From assembly GCA_002719815.1 (NCBI GenBank), contig PBET01000001.1, positions 131 through 64,130 on the forward strand: a stretch of DNA of 64,000 nt, written 5' to 3'. The position numbers and the translations under genes were made by a program. Of the stretch, positions 9,601 to 18,875 are shown in pieces. How positions within the stretch are numbered: the first letter of the stretch is position 1; each line of letters begins with the position of its first letter. The notes beneath the pieces are model-generated. The model was not told where the DNA came from, did no database searches, and saw only the letters and a list, made by a program, of their open reading frames with translations. Origin of the DNA: Methanobacteriota archaeon. GTDB taxonomy: Archaea > Thermoplasmatota > Poseidoniia > Poseidoniales > Poseidoniaceae.

Positions 9601-9883
9601 TCATGTTGAGCATTCGATTGGTAACAGCAAATCCTCCAACGACGTTGATCATCGCTAATACGACAGCGACAAATGCAAGAATTCCGGAAACAGCAGTAGC
9701 ACCTCCATCATAGGCAACATTCGCTCCAATCAATGCTCCAATGATCGAAATACCAGAGATAGCATTCGCACCACTCATCAATGGTGTGTGGAGCGTTGCA
9801 GGCACTTTGGTGATGAGTTCAAAACCAAGGAAGATAGCAAGTACGAAAAGCGTGATGTTTCCAATCAAAAATTCAGGCGTCAT
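9572..9883 (-). CDS. pntAB: NAD(P) transhydrogenase subunit alpha part 2 (membrane)
   Basis: 103 aa with three TM helices. 'HTPLMSGANAISGI' is the conserved PntA C-terminal motif. The gene sits between the alpha1 and beta genes with overlaps. Confidence 0.88.
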   Translation of the reverse strand: MTPEFLIGNITLFVLAIFLGFELITKVPATLHTPLMSGANAISGISIIGALIGANVAYDGGATAVSGILAFVAVVLAMINVVGGFAVTNRMLNMIAGKKRGGA

Positions 9884-11043
9884 TCAAGCGCACCTCCTAA
9901 TCGTGTTTGCTTTGGATGCATTTCTCCATGTTGACAAATGAGAACGCCACCCATTCCATTGACATAGAAATCGCTTCCTTCAGGGGCGCCAACAAGTATG
10001 TCATCCTCTTCTGAGATGACGATTGCACCTTCGTTGACAAGCGAAGTGATGAAGGTGGTGAGGTTGTTAGAGTACAGCATGCTTGCGGTTGTGGCAATTG
10101 TACCTGGTAGGTTTGAGGTGCCAACAACAATGACGCCATTCTCGGTAGTGATGACTTCACCGGCGACAGTATCTTCGCAGTTTCCTCCTACATCCGCATT
10201 CATGTCGACGACAACTGCGCCTGATTTGAAGTCCTTCACTGCACTTGATGGTACAGTAATCGGGGCAGGTCGACCGAAGATTCGAGCGGTTGTGACAATA
10301 ATATCTGCATCGGATGCAACGCCACATACTGTATCGTTGACTTTCTGAATGAATTCAGGCGTCAATGGCTTTGCATATCCTGCCTCATCCTCAAAGTCGT
10401 CCATACCATCAACTTCGATGAATCGTCCACCAACAGATTCAATCTGTTCTGCTGCTGATTTTCGTACGTCCGATGCATAGACCACTGCTCCCAGACGCTT
10501 CGCAGTTGCAATCGCCTGCAAACCCGCAACTCCAGAACCCATGATCACAACCTTTGCAGGTCGAACAGTTCCAGCGGATGTTGTCATCATTGGAATTCCC
10601 TTTGGAACATGGGCTGCACCGAGGAGAACAGCCTTGTATCCTGCAAGGTTGTCTTGACTCGAATTCACGTCCATAGATTGTGCTCTGCTCAATCGACGTG
10701 GAATCATGTCCATTGAAAGGAGTGTGATGTTGGAGGAAAGACAGTCTTTGACGTACTGTGGATTACGGAAAGGATCGGAAACACAAGCCAAATTAGTTCC
10801 TTCTTTCATTCCTTCAACACCGGGAAATCGAATTGTGATAATCGTCTCACATGCAAGCGCATCATCTCGACTGCCCACGGTTGCTCCGGCGGCTTCATAC
10901 GCAGCATCATGATAATTTGCAGCCACGCCAGCTCCCGCTTCAATGACAACCTCGAAACCTGCTTTTTGCAACTTTTTGAGACTTGTAGGAACGATAGCAA
11001 CTCGTGTCTCTCCTTCAGGTTCTTTGAGTACACCTAACTTCAT
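9880..11043 (-). CDS. pntAA: NAD(P) transhydrogenase subunit alpha part 1 (AlaDH/PNT domain I)
   Basis: 'MKLGVLKEPEGETRVAIVP' start and Rossmann motif 'VVIMGSGVAGLQAIATAKRLGA'. The ORF opens at 11091, but the ATG at 11043 gives the canonical N-terminus. Confidence 0.9.
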   Translation of the reverse strand: MKLGVLKEPEGETRVAIVPTSLKKLQKAGFEVVIEAGAGVAANYHDAAYEAAGATVGSRDDALACETIITIRFPGVEGMKEGTNLACVSDPFRNPQYVKDCLSSNITLLSMDMIPRRLSRAQSMDVNSSQDNLAGYKAVLLGAAHVPKGIPMMTTSAGTVRPAKVVIMGSGVAGLQAIATAKRLGAVVYASDVRKSAAEQIESVGGRFIEVDGMDDFEDEAGYAKPLTPEFIQKVNDTVCGVASDADIIVTTARIFGRPAPITVPSSAVKDFKSGAVVVDMNADVGGNCEDTVAGEVITTENGVIVVGTSNLPGTIATTASMLYSNNLTTFITSLVNEGAIVISEEDDILVGAPEGSDFYVNGMGGVLICQHGEMHPKQTRLGGALE

Positions 11044-11172
11044 GATAACACCGTTATTTTTTGCCAACATGAGGGGGTTCTTCAATACCACCCTTGACCC
11101 CTATCAAACGGGACATCAGTCAACCCTCTTGATTAAAAACATTCGACCCTGACAGACAATTGGGGGGAAACC

Positions 11173-12111
11173 ATGTCAAGAGGGAGTCGAAAAATCGCAG
11201 TGATTGGTGCAGGAAACGTTGGAGCAACATGTGCATTTGTTCTTGCGAATATGAAAATTGCTGATGTCATTTTGTTGGATATTTACGAAGGATTTGCGAA
11301 AGGAAAAGCACTCGACATGAGCCAAAATGCAAACGTTTTGAATTACGATGGTATGATTACAGGTACCTCAAATTATGAAGATATTGCAGGTGCTGATGTC
11401 GTTGTCGTAACCAGCGGATTCCCTCGACAACCCGGAATGACTCGAGAAGATCTGATCGGCAAGAACGCAGAAATCGTTGCACAGGTCGGAGCTGGTATTC
11501 GCGACCATGCACCAGACTCAGTTGTCATTGTTGTTACTAATCCACTGGATTTGATGACGTATCATATGCAGAAAGTCACAGGTTTCCCAGCAAATAGAGT
11601 CATTGGCCAAGCTGGTGTTTTGGACAGCGCCCGAATGGCACACTTCATCGCTCTTGAATTGAATTGCGCAGAAGAGGATGTGAGTCCAATGGTCCTTGGT
11701 GGTCACGGCGATACCATGGTCCCACTCCCCCGCTATACAACTGTAGGTGGAATCCCGATTACGCAACTCATGAGTCAGGAACGAATTGATGCTATTTCTG
11801 CTCGTACAGCAAGCGGCGGTGGAGAGATTGTCAAATTGCTTGAACGTGGTTCAGCATTTTATGCACCAGGTTCTGCAGCAGCAGTCATGGCAGAATCTGT
11901 ACTCAACAATCGCCGACGTCTCCTCCCTGCATCATGCTTATTGACAGGTCAATACGGATTGGACGATGTTTACATCGGTGTTCCATGTATTCTCGGATCG
12001 AATGGTGTAGAGAAAATCTTTGAATTGGAATTGACCGATGATGAACGCAACTCTTTGCAAACATCTGGAAACTTCTACAAATCACAGCTGGTTGACATCT
12101 TGGGTTACTGA
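11173..12111 (+). CDS. mdh: Malate dehydrogenase (LDH-like MDH family)
   Basis: 312 aa with motifs 'KIAVIGAGNVGATCAF', 'VVVTSGFPRQPGMTREDL' and 'GGHGDTMVPL'. Confidence 0.9.
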   Translation: MSRGSRKIAVIGAGNVGATCAFVLANMKIADVILLDIYEGFAKGKALDMSQNANVLNYDGMITGTSNYEDIAGADVVVVTSGFPRQPGMTREDLIGKNAEIVAQVGAGIRDHAPDSVVIVVTNPLDLMTYHMQKVTGFPANRVIGQAGVLDSARMAHFIALELNCAEEDVSPMVLGGHGDTMVPLPRYTTVGGIPITQLMSQERIDAISARTASGGGEIVKLLERGSAFYAPGSAAAVMAESVLNNRRRLLPASCLLTGQYGLDDVYIGVPCILGSNGVEKIFELELTDDERNSLQTSGNFYKSQLVDILGY

Positions 12112-13392
12112 CTGTTTTTGTTGAACCTTTTTGATCCCAAAGAGGTATCGCGTTATTCGTGTTCGTCGTACGAGTTCAAACACAATCCAACAACCAGTTG
12201 TTACGATGATACAACCGAAAAGAACTGCTGGAATTCCTGTTAAGTCCAATTCTTTTGCAATCTTTAATCCTGCAAACGTAATTGGCATGTGAACGATGTA
12301 GAATGGATAGACACCTTGATTGAGATACGCAAGGGATGGGCTGTTTTTGTTGAGCAGATGTGAACCCCAAGCAAAAACTGTGAGGCACCAGAACCATGAA
12401 TGGAAACTGTGAATGAAGCACCCAAGTATCGTCATTTCATTGTGCAGAATGCCATGTTCGATCCAACCTCCATCCATGTATGGGATTCCATCATCATGTT
12501 GCTGAAGCCGAATCACAACGAAAGCGATGGTGAGTAGCATTGTTATTGCAGTAATCAGTTGTCGATGCATATTGAGAAATTCATAGTATTGATCCCTTGA
12601 AATGATACAGATGTAGCCAAACAAAAAGAATACGAGATACCAAACCCACTCATAGCCAATACCAATGAATCCTGGGAACCACGGCTTGAACAGAAGTTCA
12701 GTTATTGCGAGCAATGTCGGAAAGAGAACAAATATGCCCAGTCCTGCTTTCATTGTAAACGTTGAACGTAGTGCAATTGCTAACTTGCCATCCGCATATT
12801 TTTGCACAATATGGAAGATTGGTACACACAGTAATGAATACAAGAACAAGTTCCAAAGAAACCACAAATGTCCAAGAGCAATGATCTTACCGAACAATGG
12901 GATCCAGAAGATGAAGGATGTTAAGAAGACATGAAGCACGAAAGCCACGATGGTATCGACAAAGGAATTTCCCTCTAAATTTGCACTGCCTGTTATGATT
13001 CCACCAATGAATCCAACTGTCCACATTCCAAAGAACATGGGTACAAGTAAACGTTGCAAGCGTTCAGTTAGGAACGTCTTCCAACTGCGTCGTTTGAATG
13101 CAAATGCAGTACCCATTCCAGAGATCATGAACAATGCAGCGAGTCTCCATTGATGCATCCAATGCAGGAACATACTCGTCGGATCAACGGACTCATAGGT
13201 GTAATCATTTCCTTCTTCAGCAATTTCCTTTCGCTCATCTGAATCATCGGTGATATTGGGATTGATATCCTCACCATAGGTCGACCAATAAACACCAATC
13301 GCGACGTGGAAAGGAATGAGTAGACCAAAGAGTATAACGCGAAGCCAGTCGATATCGTATCGTCGCTCAGGCTTCTCAATGTTGTTGTCCAC
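12082..13392 (-). CDS. Acyltransferase family 3 (OpgC-like) integral membrane protein
   Basis: 436 aa with about 10 TM helices. The N-terminal 'RYDIDWLRVILFGLLIPFHVA' is the acyltransferase_3 signature region. Confidence 0.65.
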   Translation of the reverse strand: MDNNIEKPERRYDIDWLRVILFGLLIPFHVAIGVYWSTYGEDINPNITDDSDERKEIAEEGNDYTYESVDPTSMFLHWMHQWRLAALFMISGMGTAFAFKRRSWKTFLTERLQRLLVPMFFGMWTVGFIGGIITGSANLEGNSFVDTIVAFVLHVFLTSFIFWIPLFGKIIALGHLWFLWNLFLYSLLCVPIFHIVQKYADGKLAIALRSTFTMKAGLGIFVLFPTLLAITELLFKPWFPGFIGIGYEWVWYLVFFLFGYICIISRDQYYEFLNMHRQLITAITMLLTIAFVVIRLQQHDDGIPYMDGGWIEHGILHNEMTILGCFIHSFHSWFWCLTVFAWGSHLLNKNSPSLAYLNQGVYPFYIVHMPITFAGLKIAKELDLTGIPAVLFGCIIVTTGCWIVFELVRRTRITRYLFGIKKVQQKQSVTQDVNQL

Positions 13393-13422
13393 GATGTACG
13401 TATGATGAATTTGAATATATTC

Positions 13423-14079
13423 TTATGGGGATAGTCGGCGAATTGCAAGGGAAAACTCGTAGCCTACACTTGTCGCATCCTCAGCCTCGATGGAAACTTG
13501 GATGAGTTGTTTGCCCATTCTCCCTCGACTTTTCATCCGAGTGAGAACTTCTTGACCAATGTAGCAACCTTTCGATTCATGGACAAGGTGCTCAAGACCG
13601 CAGTTGAATGGATGGACGTTAGAAGTAATTTCATGGCCTTGGTAAGGGATGAGATGTCTGGTTCGATAGTCTGTGAAATCATCCATTGACATCGACTCTT
13701 CGAGAAGATTATTCGTTGATGTGACCATGATCCAACCCAGATACGATTTGCTTACCGTGATTCCTTGTGTTGCAGCATATTCTTCTGTACTAACGTATAC
13801 ATTGTTGAGTGAAGATATGTCACGAATTGTCACGTTTTGTTGCAATATACGTGGTTGTAAGTGTGCTAGAACATCTTCCTTGTATGGTCCATAGCCAACA
13901 ACAGCTAGATTCTCGCCCACCTCAATGACATCAACAACATCGATGATTTTTGCAGATGTGGTAGTGAGGACTGTGCTGCACGATTGATCGACTTTGTTCG
14001 TCGATAGGCCGTCAATGAAGGAATAACGATCATGGCCTGAAACAAGCAATACATATGCATCAAGTTGAATGATGCCCAT
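13423..14079 (-). CDS. ygfZ: YgfZ/Iba57-family folate-binding Fe-S maturation factor (short form)
   Basis: 'LLVSGHDRYSFIDGLSTNKV' matches the GcvT-like N-terminus. The family signature 'KGCYIGQEVLTRMKSRGRMGKQL' is present. Confidence 0.7.
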   Translation of the reverse strand: MGIIQLDAYVLLVSGHDRYSFIDGLSTNKVDQSCSTVLTTTSAKIIDVVDVIEVGENLAVVGYGPYKEDVLAHLQPRILQQNVTIRDISSLNNVYVSTEEYAATQGITVSKSYLGWIMVTSTNNLLEESMSMDDFTDYRTRHLIPYQGHEITSNVHPFNCGLEHLVHESKGCYIGQEVLTRMKSRGRMGKQLIQVSIEAEDATSVGYEFSLAIRRLSP

Positions 14080-14088
14080 GCCGGTACC

Positions 14089-14469
14089 TCAAGCAAACGA
14101 TTCTCCACAACCGCATGAACTCGAGGCGTTCGGGTTGTTAATCTTGAATCCACCACCCATGAGACGGTCGACATAATCCACTTCGATTCCATCGAGAAGA
14201 TGTGAAGATGCATTTGGCACAAGCACACGGAAGCCTGAAATTTCCAATTCTTGACAATCGATATCGGTTGTTTCGACAATTTGCAGATCGTACATGTAGC
14301 CTGAGCATCCACCTGATAAAACGCCGACAAGCAATGCGTGGCTTCTATCATCACCAAATGCATCGGTGAGCATTTCAATCGCCTTGTCGGTCATCGTCAA
14401 TGAGACATCAACAACCTTTGGCTGAATGACTTCGATTGTTGGTGCAGTTTCACACGTTCCGCAGTCCAT
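14089..14469 (-). CDS. iscA: A-type Fe-S cluster carrier (IscA/ErpA/HesB family)
   Basis: 'GGCSGYMYDL' and the C-terminal 'NPNASSSCGCGESFA' provide the three conserved Cys. The ORF opens at 14631, but that would overlap the upstream gene. The ATG at 14469 gives a normal 126-aa protein. Confidence 0.85.
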   Translation of the reverse strand: MDCGTCETAPTIEVIQPKVVDVSLTMTDKAIEMLTDAFGDDRSHALLVGVLSGGCSGYMYDLQIVETTDIDCQELEISGFRVLVPNASSHLLDGIEVDYVDRLMGGGFKINNPNASSSCGCGESFA

Positions 14470-14510
14470 GTAATGCCCACCAACCCGACCATTATCAATC
14501 TGACCTTCAT

Positions 14511-16790
14511 TTAGCGACGCGCGAGTTTCTTCTTTCGCTCTTTCTCGAGAATCGTACATCGTCGAATCTGTTCCTTCGCTCGCTTCTTTTCTTCTTCTGA
14601 TAAGCCTCGAGGCATCGATTGTTCGTAACACTTAATCGCATCTGGGAATCGCTCCATTTCAGCATATGCTGTTCCCATGTTGTACAGGGTTTGACCACGT
14701 ACATTCGAAGGATCGATCATCATCGCTTTATGATACGATTCAACGCACGCTGGATAATCTTCAAGGAAATAGTATGCATTTCCTCGACCGTTCAGAATAC
14801 GAATGACCATCTGGTCATCGTTCGCAAAAGACGGCAGTGCTCGATCGAATGAAGAGAGAGCTTCTCGATATTTTCCATCTTCCATGAGTTGAATGCCCTG
14901 ATTGTACCAAGAGATATCTTGATTAGCAACAGAACTTGAATTTGCGGAAATAATTGGATTGGCTTGAACCATTGCCGTAGCATCCAATGCAGCCTTTGCT
15001 AAATCAACCTCGACATTTGTCTCTTGTTCAACAGCCTTACTCATTGGTTCTATGGGTGTGAGCAACAAGCTGTTTGCCTGAGATGTTTCTTGATGTGGTT
15101 CATCCATTATCATTGGTTCAGTTGCAAGTTGCATTGCAGGAGGCTCAGGGGCAACAAGTGGTGGTGTTGATGTTGGTGGTGGCGGTGGAGTTTCAAATTC
15201 TTGAGCCGTTTGCGTTCCCGATTCTAACTCTCTTGCTTTCGTATGACAACGTTGTGCAGTGTCTAAATCACCAGCAGCCTCGAGGGATTTTGCTAAACCT
15301 TTCCACAAATTGGAATTTTCTTTATCGTGCTGAATAAGCTCCTTCCACACTGTTACCGCTTCAATATTTTCACCTTTCAGTGTCAAAGCTCGAGCACGAT
15401 CGATGGAGGGTCCTGGACTCATAAGATCCAATGCATATTGCGCCAATTGCGGTGCTTCTGGCATGGTTGGAGGAATTCCTGTAATGTATTCGAGAACCTT
15501 AACTTCAGCTTCACCACATTCCAGTAATTGTTGAATGATTTCAGAGCGGAGTTCCGCATCGTCATGGCTCTCAAGAAGTAACATGCCGTGTGAAATTACA
15601 CTGCCTACGTCATTTTCCTTAGTTGCAATTTCAATCAACTTACGACGCGCTTTGACATGACGCGTATCAAGTTCAATCGTTGTTTCAAAGGCTTCTTTAG
15701 CACCAGATTCGTTTCCATTTCTCGCATACAAGCTAGCTAGGTTATACCAGCCGGATGCGACACTTTCGTCCAATTTTGTGGCGTGTTCAAGTGCTGCGAT
15801 TGCGTGCGTGTCAAGGTCCATACGAGCCATTGCTCCACCAGCAATACGCCAAGCACCTGCATGTTGTGCTCCAATCGTTTTGAGATGTGGCTTGAGTAAC
15901 GCAAGTGCTTTCTTTGCTTCACCTTGTCGAATGAGTTCAGTTGCTTCATCTGTGAGTTTGTCGAGATTAATTTCTTCGGTGACAGGTCGTTGTTCGATTT
16001 CAGTTTCGATCGTTTCTTCGATCTGTTCTTCGATGATTTTTGTCGCAGCAACGACGCTCGCCGCACTAGCGAGCTCCTCTTTGTCGAGAATTCCATCACC
16101 ATCATGATCGTGATGTGCAGCTTCAGCCAATATCGCTTCTGAATCTTCGACGCCTGTTTCTTGCATAACAACATTGAGCGTCGATTCTTGATGTGTAGCT
16201 TTCGTGACAGTTGATTCAATCGCATCAGGTACTTCTTCAACTGGTGCACTTTTTGTCCTGTTGAGAACATCAGTGAGGCTTGGATGGCCTGGGAAAAATT
16301 CCAATCCACGTCGAGCCATTGCCGCTGCTCCTGCCTCATCGCCAATTCGGTCCAATAGAATCGCAAGGTTTGCTGTTGCAGGAGCATGATCTGGATTGAG
16401 GTCGAGACAAATTTGGAAAGCCTGCCTTGCCCCACGTGCATCTTGTTGTGCTTCGAGTAAAACACCACGATTGAACCAAGCCATATCACTTGATGGGTCA
16501 AGTGCAATCGCTTTGTTGAAGGCAGCAAGTGCTTCTTGTGGTGAATTCGAACGTGATTTGAATTCACCTTCTTCGATCAACATTCGAACTTGATCATCAT
16601 CACTTAATTCTTCATTTGCATCCTCTTCAACGACCAATGAATCGGTGGATTCTTCTCCTGAATTTTCGATTGTTTCATCAGGTTGAACTTCTTCTTCATC
16701 AGCAACCATGGAGCCCAATCCTGCCGAGCGTAATGCATCAGCCATGTCGTTCATCAATGCATTTGACATGTCTTTGTCCTCTTCGCTCAT
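14511..16790 (-). CDS. Acidic TPR-repeat protein with an embedded EF-hand loop
   Basis: 759 aa with many 34-aa TPR units, for example 'EALAAFNKAIALDPSSDMAWFNRGVLL' and 'ACVESYHKAMMIDPSNVRGQTLYNMGTAY'. One 'DHDGDGILDKEE' loop and a Pro-rich 'PPPPPTSTPPLVAPEPP' linker are present. Confidence 0.8.
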   Translation of the reverse strand: MSEEDKDMSNALMNDMADALRSAGLGSMVADEEEVQPDETIENSGEESTDSLVVEEDANEELSDDDQVRMLIEEGEFKSRSNSPQEALAAFNKAIALDPSSDMAWFNRGVLLEAQQDARGARQAFQICLDLNPDHAPATANLAILLDRIGDEAGAAAMARRGLEFFPGHPSLTDVLNRTKSAPVEEVPDAIESTVTKATHQESTLNVVMQETGVEDSEAILAEAAHHDHDGDGILDKEELASAASVVAATKIIEEQIEETIETEIEQRPVTEEINLDKLTDEATELIRQGEAKKALALLKPHLKTIGAQHAGAWRIAGGAMARMDLDTHAIAALEHATKLDESVASGWYNLASLYARNGNESGAKEAFETTIELDTRHVKARRKLIEIATKENDVGSVISHGMLLLESHDDAELRSEIIQQLLECGEAEVKVLEYITGIPPTMPEAPQLAQYALDLMSPGPSIDRARALTLKGENIEAVTVWKELIQHDKENSNLWKGLAKSLEAAGDLDTAQRCHTKARELESGTQTAQEFETPPPPPTSTPPLVAPEPPAMQLATEPMIMDEPHQETSQANSLLLTPIEPMSKAVEQETNVEVDLAKAALDATAMVQANPIISANSSSVANQDISWYNQGIQLMEDGKYREALSSFDRALPSFANDDQMVIRILNGRGNAYYFLEDYPACVESYHKAMMIDPSNVRGQTLYNMGTAYAEMERFPDAIKCYEQSMPRGLSEEEKKRAKEQIRRCTILEKERKKKLARR

Positions 16791-16892
16791 ACGCTTCTCC
16801 CAACCTTAGGCAAGGCTCTCATGGTATAAGCATAATTGCTTCATGGTCAGACAATACAATGCATTCAATTAATGGCTCTTCTTAGGGTAGAT

Positions 16893-17444
16893 ATGGCGGA
16901 AACACCTCTCAAAGTATTGGGCCTTTCAGGTTCAATTGGCAGGACATCGAAGAACGGTATGCTCGTTGATCTGGCGCTACATAAAGCCGAGGCATTGGGT
17001 GCGGAGGTTCATTTCTGGGATCTTGAGTCGAAACCATTGCCATTGGTAGGAGAAGATGGCTGTTGGAGTCATCCCAATGTGAAAGAGTTCCAAGAAATGG
17101 CTTCATCATGTGATGCATTCCTTGTCTCTTCGCCTGAATATCACGGGACGATGTCAGGTGTGATGAAGAACACGTTCGATTGGGTTTACGAAAATCATGT
17201 TGGTGGAAAGGTCTTCGGTTTGATGTCAACACTTGGCGGTATTTCAAATTCAAATACACTCAATCACATGCGAATCATGCTCCGATGGCTTCATGGAAAT
17301 CCTGTATCCCAACAACTTGCGGTTGGTCATGTAAAGGAAGCATTTGCTGATGATGGTTCTCTTGTCGATGCATCAATGGATGAACGACTACAGACACTTG
17401 TTGAGTCGGTGTTAAAGACAGCAACAATGTATCGAAATTCGTGA
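16893..17444 (+). CDS. NAD(P)H-dependent FMN reductase family flavoprotein
   Basis: 'LKVLGLSGSIGRTSKN' and 'FLVSSPEYHGTMSGVMKNTFDW' are typical of the PF03358-type family. The ORF opens at 16836, and the ATG at 16893 is the likely start. Confidence 0.75.
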   Translation: MAETPLKVLGLSGSIGRTSKNGMLVDLALHKAEALGAEVHFWDLESKPLPLVGEDGCWSHPNVKEFQEMASSCDAFLVSSPEYHGTMSGVMKNTFDWVYENHVGGKVFGLMSTLGGISNSNTLNHMRIMLRWLHGNPVSQQLAVGHVKEAFADDGSLVDASMDERLQTLVESVLKTATMYRNS

Positions 17445-17448
17445 TGGT

Positions 17449-18183
17449 ATGAATTTGAATCGTCCTTCGTTTGAAGATTCATTCGGCGGTTCATACCTTG
17501 TCGTTGAACCAGGAGAGTTCAATCTTGGTGACGAGGTTGGTTCTGGCCATCGCAATGAAACACCAATTCAACCTACGTCGATTGCAGACCCATTCTTCTT
17601 GGGTGTGCGCCCTGTCACGCAAGCACATTGGAGTAGTGTGATGGGAAGCAATCCATCCAAATTCCAAGAAGGATGGAGTGCGGGTCTTCGGCCAGTTGAA
17701 TCGATTTGTTATGTTGAGGTCGAGGCATTTTTAGACAGGCTGAATCAAGGAGACCGCAAATTCATGGGATTTGAAGGAACATGGCGTTTGCCTACAGAAG
17801 GTGAATGGGAGTATGTTGCAAAAGCAGGAACATCGACTCGGTGGTCATTTGGTAACAAAGATGCAGAACTTGATGCACATGGATGGCATGCAGGTAACAG
17901 TGGGGCTACAACAAGGGAAGTCGGTTCCAAGAAGGCGAATCCTTGGGGTTTCCATGACATGCATGGCTTGGTTTACGAATTTACATCAACAATTTGGCAA
18001 CCCTCGCATGCCAATGATAAACCATCAAACACTTCACCTGAATTTGTCGTAGCAAAAGGTGGTTCTTGGTTTACTGAATCGGATTCTACACGTTCTTCAT
18101 CACGTAGAAGAATGAATATTTCTGACCGGAAAGATGGGGTCGGTTTGCGTCTGGTTTGGGAGCCTATTGAACCTCTGGACTAG
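17449..18183 (+). CDS. FGE-sulfatase (SUMF1/EgtB-like) domain protein lacking the catalytic Cys pair
   Basis: 'WRLPTEGEWEYVAKAG', 'ANPWGFHDMHGLVYEF' and 'KGGSW' are FGE-fold hallmarks. No Cys lies in the C-terminal segment where true FGEs carry CxPxxC. Confidence 0.7.
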   Translation: MNLNRPSFEDSFGGSYLVVEPGEFNLGDEVGSGHRNETPIQPTSIADPFFLGVRPVTQAHWSSVMGSNPSKFQEGWSAGLRPVESICYVEVEAFLDRLNQGDRKFMGFEGTWRLPTEGEWEYVAKAGTSTRWSFGNKDAELDAHGWHAGNSGATTREVGSKKANPWGFHDMHGLVYEFTSTIWQPSHANDKPSNTSPEFVVAKGGSWFTESDSTRSSSRRRMNISDRKDGVGLRLVWEPIEPLD

Positions 18184-18674
18184 TCGCCTTCGCGAATTTC
18201 GAGATCAGCATCAAATTGGACTTGTTCGAGGAGTGTTTGCCCACGTGGTATCGATCCAGGCTTCGTATTCCATTGGATGTTTTCCTTCTCATCGACAAAT
18301 CTCATCACATTTAATCCAATGAATACATTGATTCCAGCATGCGTACGATGAACGACGGGTGAGACTTCCTCATGGAACGTATCATTCATGAGATGACAAA
18401 TCTCTGAAAAGGTCCTCTGTCCATTGCATAGTTCCCATAACACACTGTTCTTGTCGAGTAGTGGCCGTCGCAATTCTCGAGGCGCCTTCATTAATTTTGC
18501 AAAGAATCGTTCAATTCGACCAAATGTTTTCTCAAAGCGGAGAACGATTGTTTTTCCAGTTACGCCGTCTACATCTGGATGAGGGCCCGCTTCCCCAGTT
18601 CGACACCACCATACGGGTAAGCGTACAGGATACTTTTCGGCGAGTGGATGATGTTCTAAATCTGTTAATTCCAT
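18180..18674 (-). CDS. PqqD-like (peptide-chaperone/RRE-fold) protein
   Basis: 164 aa. 'LLDKNSVLWELCNGQRTFSEICHLMNDTF...VVHRTHAGINVFIGLNVMRFV' follows the PqqD-family pattern (LDexGxxiWelcDGxrTveEI). It is the last gene of the surface-protein operon. Confidence 0.45.
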   Translation of the reverse strand: MELTDLEHHPLAEKYPVRLPVWWCRTGEAGPHPDVDGVTGKTIVLRFEKTFGRIERFFAKLMKAPRELRRPLLDKNSVLWELCNGQRTFSEICHLMNDTFHEEVSPVVHRTHAGINVFIGLNVMRFVDEKENIQWNTKPGSIPRGQTLLEQVQFDADLEIREGD

Positions 18675-18683
18675 CTACATCCC

Positions 18684-18866
18684 TCAGAAATCTGTCCATG
18701 TCCAGAGGACGAGTGTAAGCATGGAAATTATCCCACAAATGGCTGACAATCGTATTAACTCACGTCGTTGACTGAATTTATCGAGATACCAAGTTAATAC
18801 ACCAAAAACTGCAACTGCAACCCAAAGAACATACCAAAGTGGACTTGCTTGAACCATGCTGTTCAA
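18684..18866 (-). CDS. Small two-TM membrane protein
   Basis: 60 aa with two hydrophobic helices separated by 'DKFSQRRELIR'. It has 9-nt gaps to both flanking same-strand genes. Confidence 0.4.
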   Translation of the reverse strand: MNSMVQASPLWYVLWVAVAVFGVLTWYLDKFSQRRELIRLSAICGIISMLTLVLWTWTDF

Positions 18867-18875
18867 CCTCTATGC

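Noticed and set aside
15737-16567. 276-aa same-strand alternative-frame ORF inside the TPR gene
   Set aside because: The TPR frame has clear repeat motifs across the whole region. The alternative frame gives a Lys/Ser/Leu-rich product with no recognisable features, so this is probably a chance open frame in AT-biased codons.
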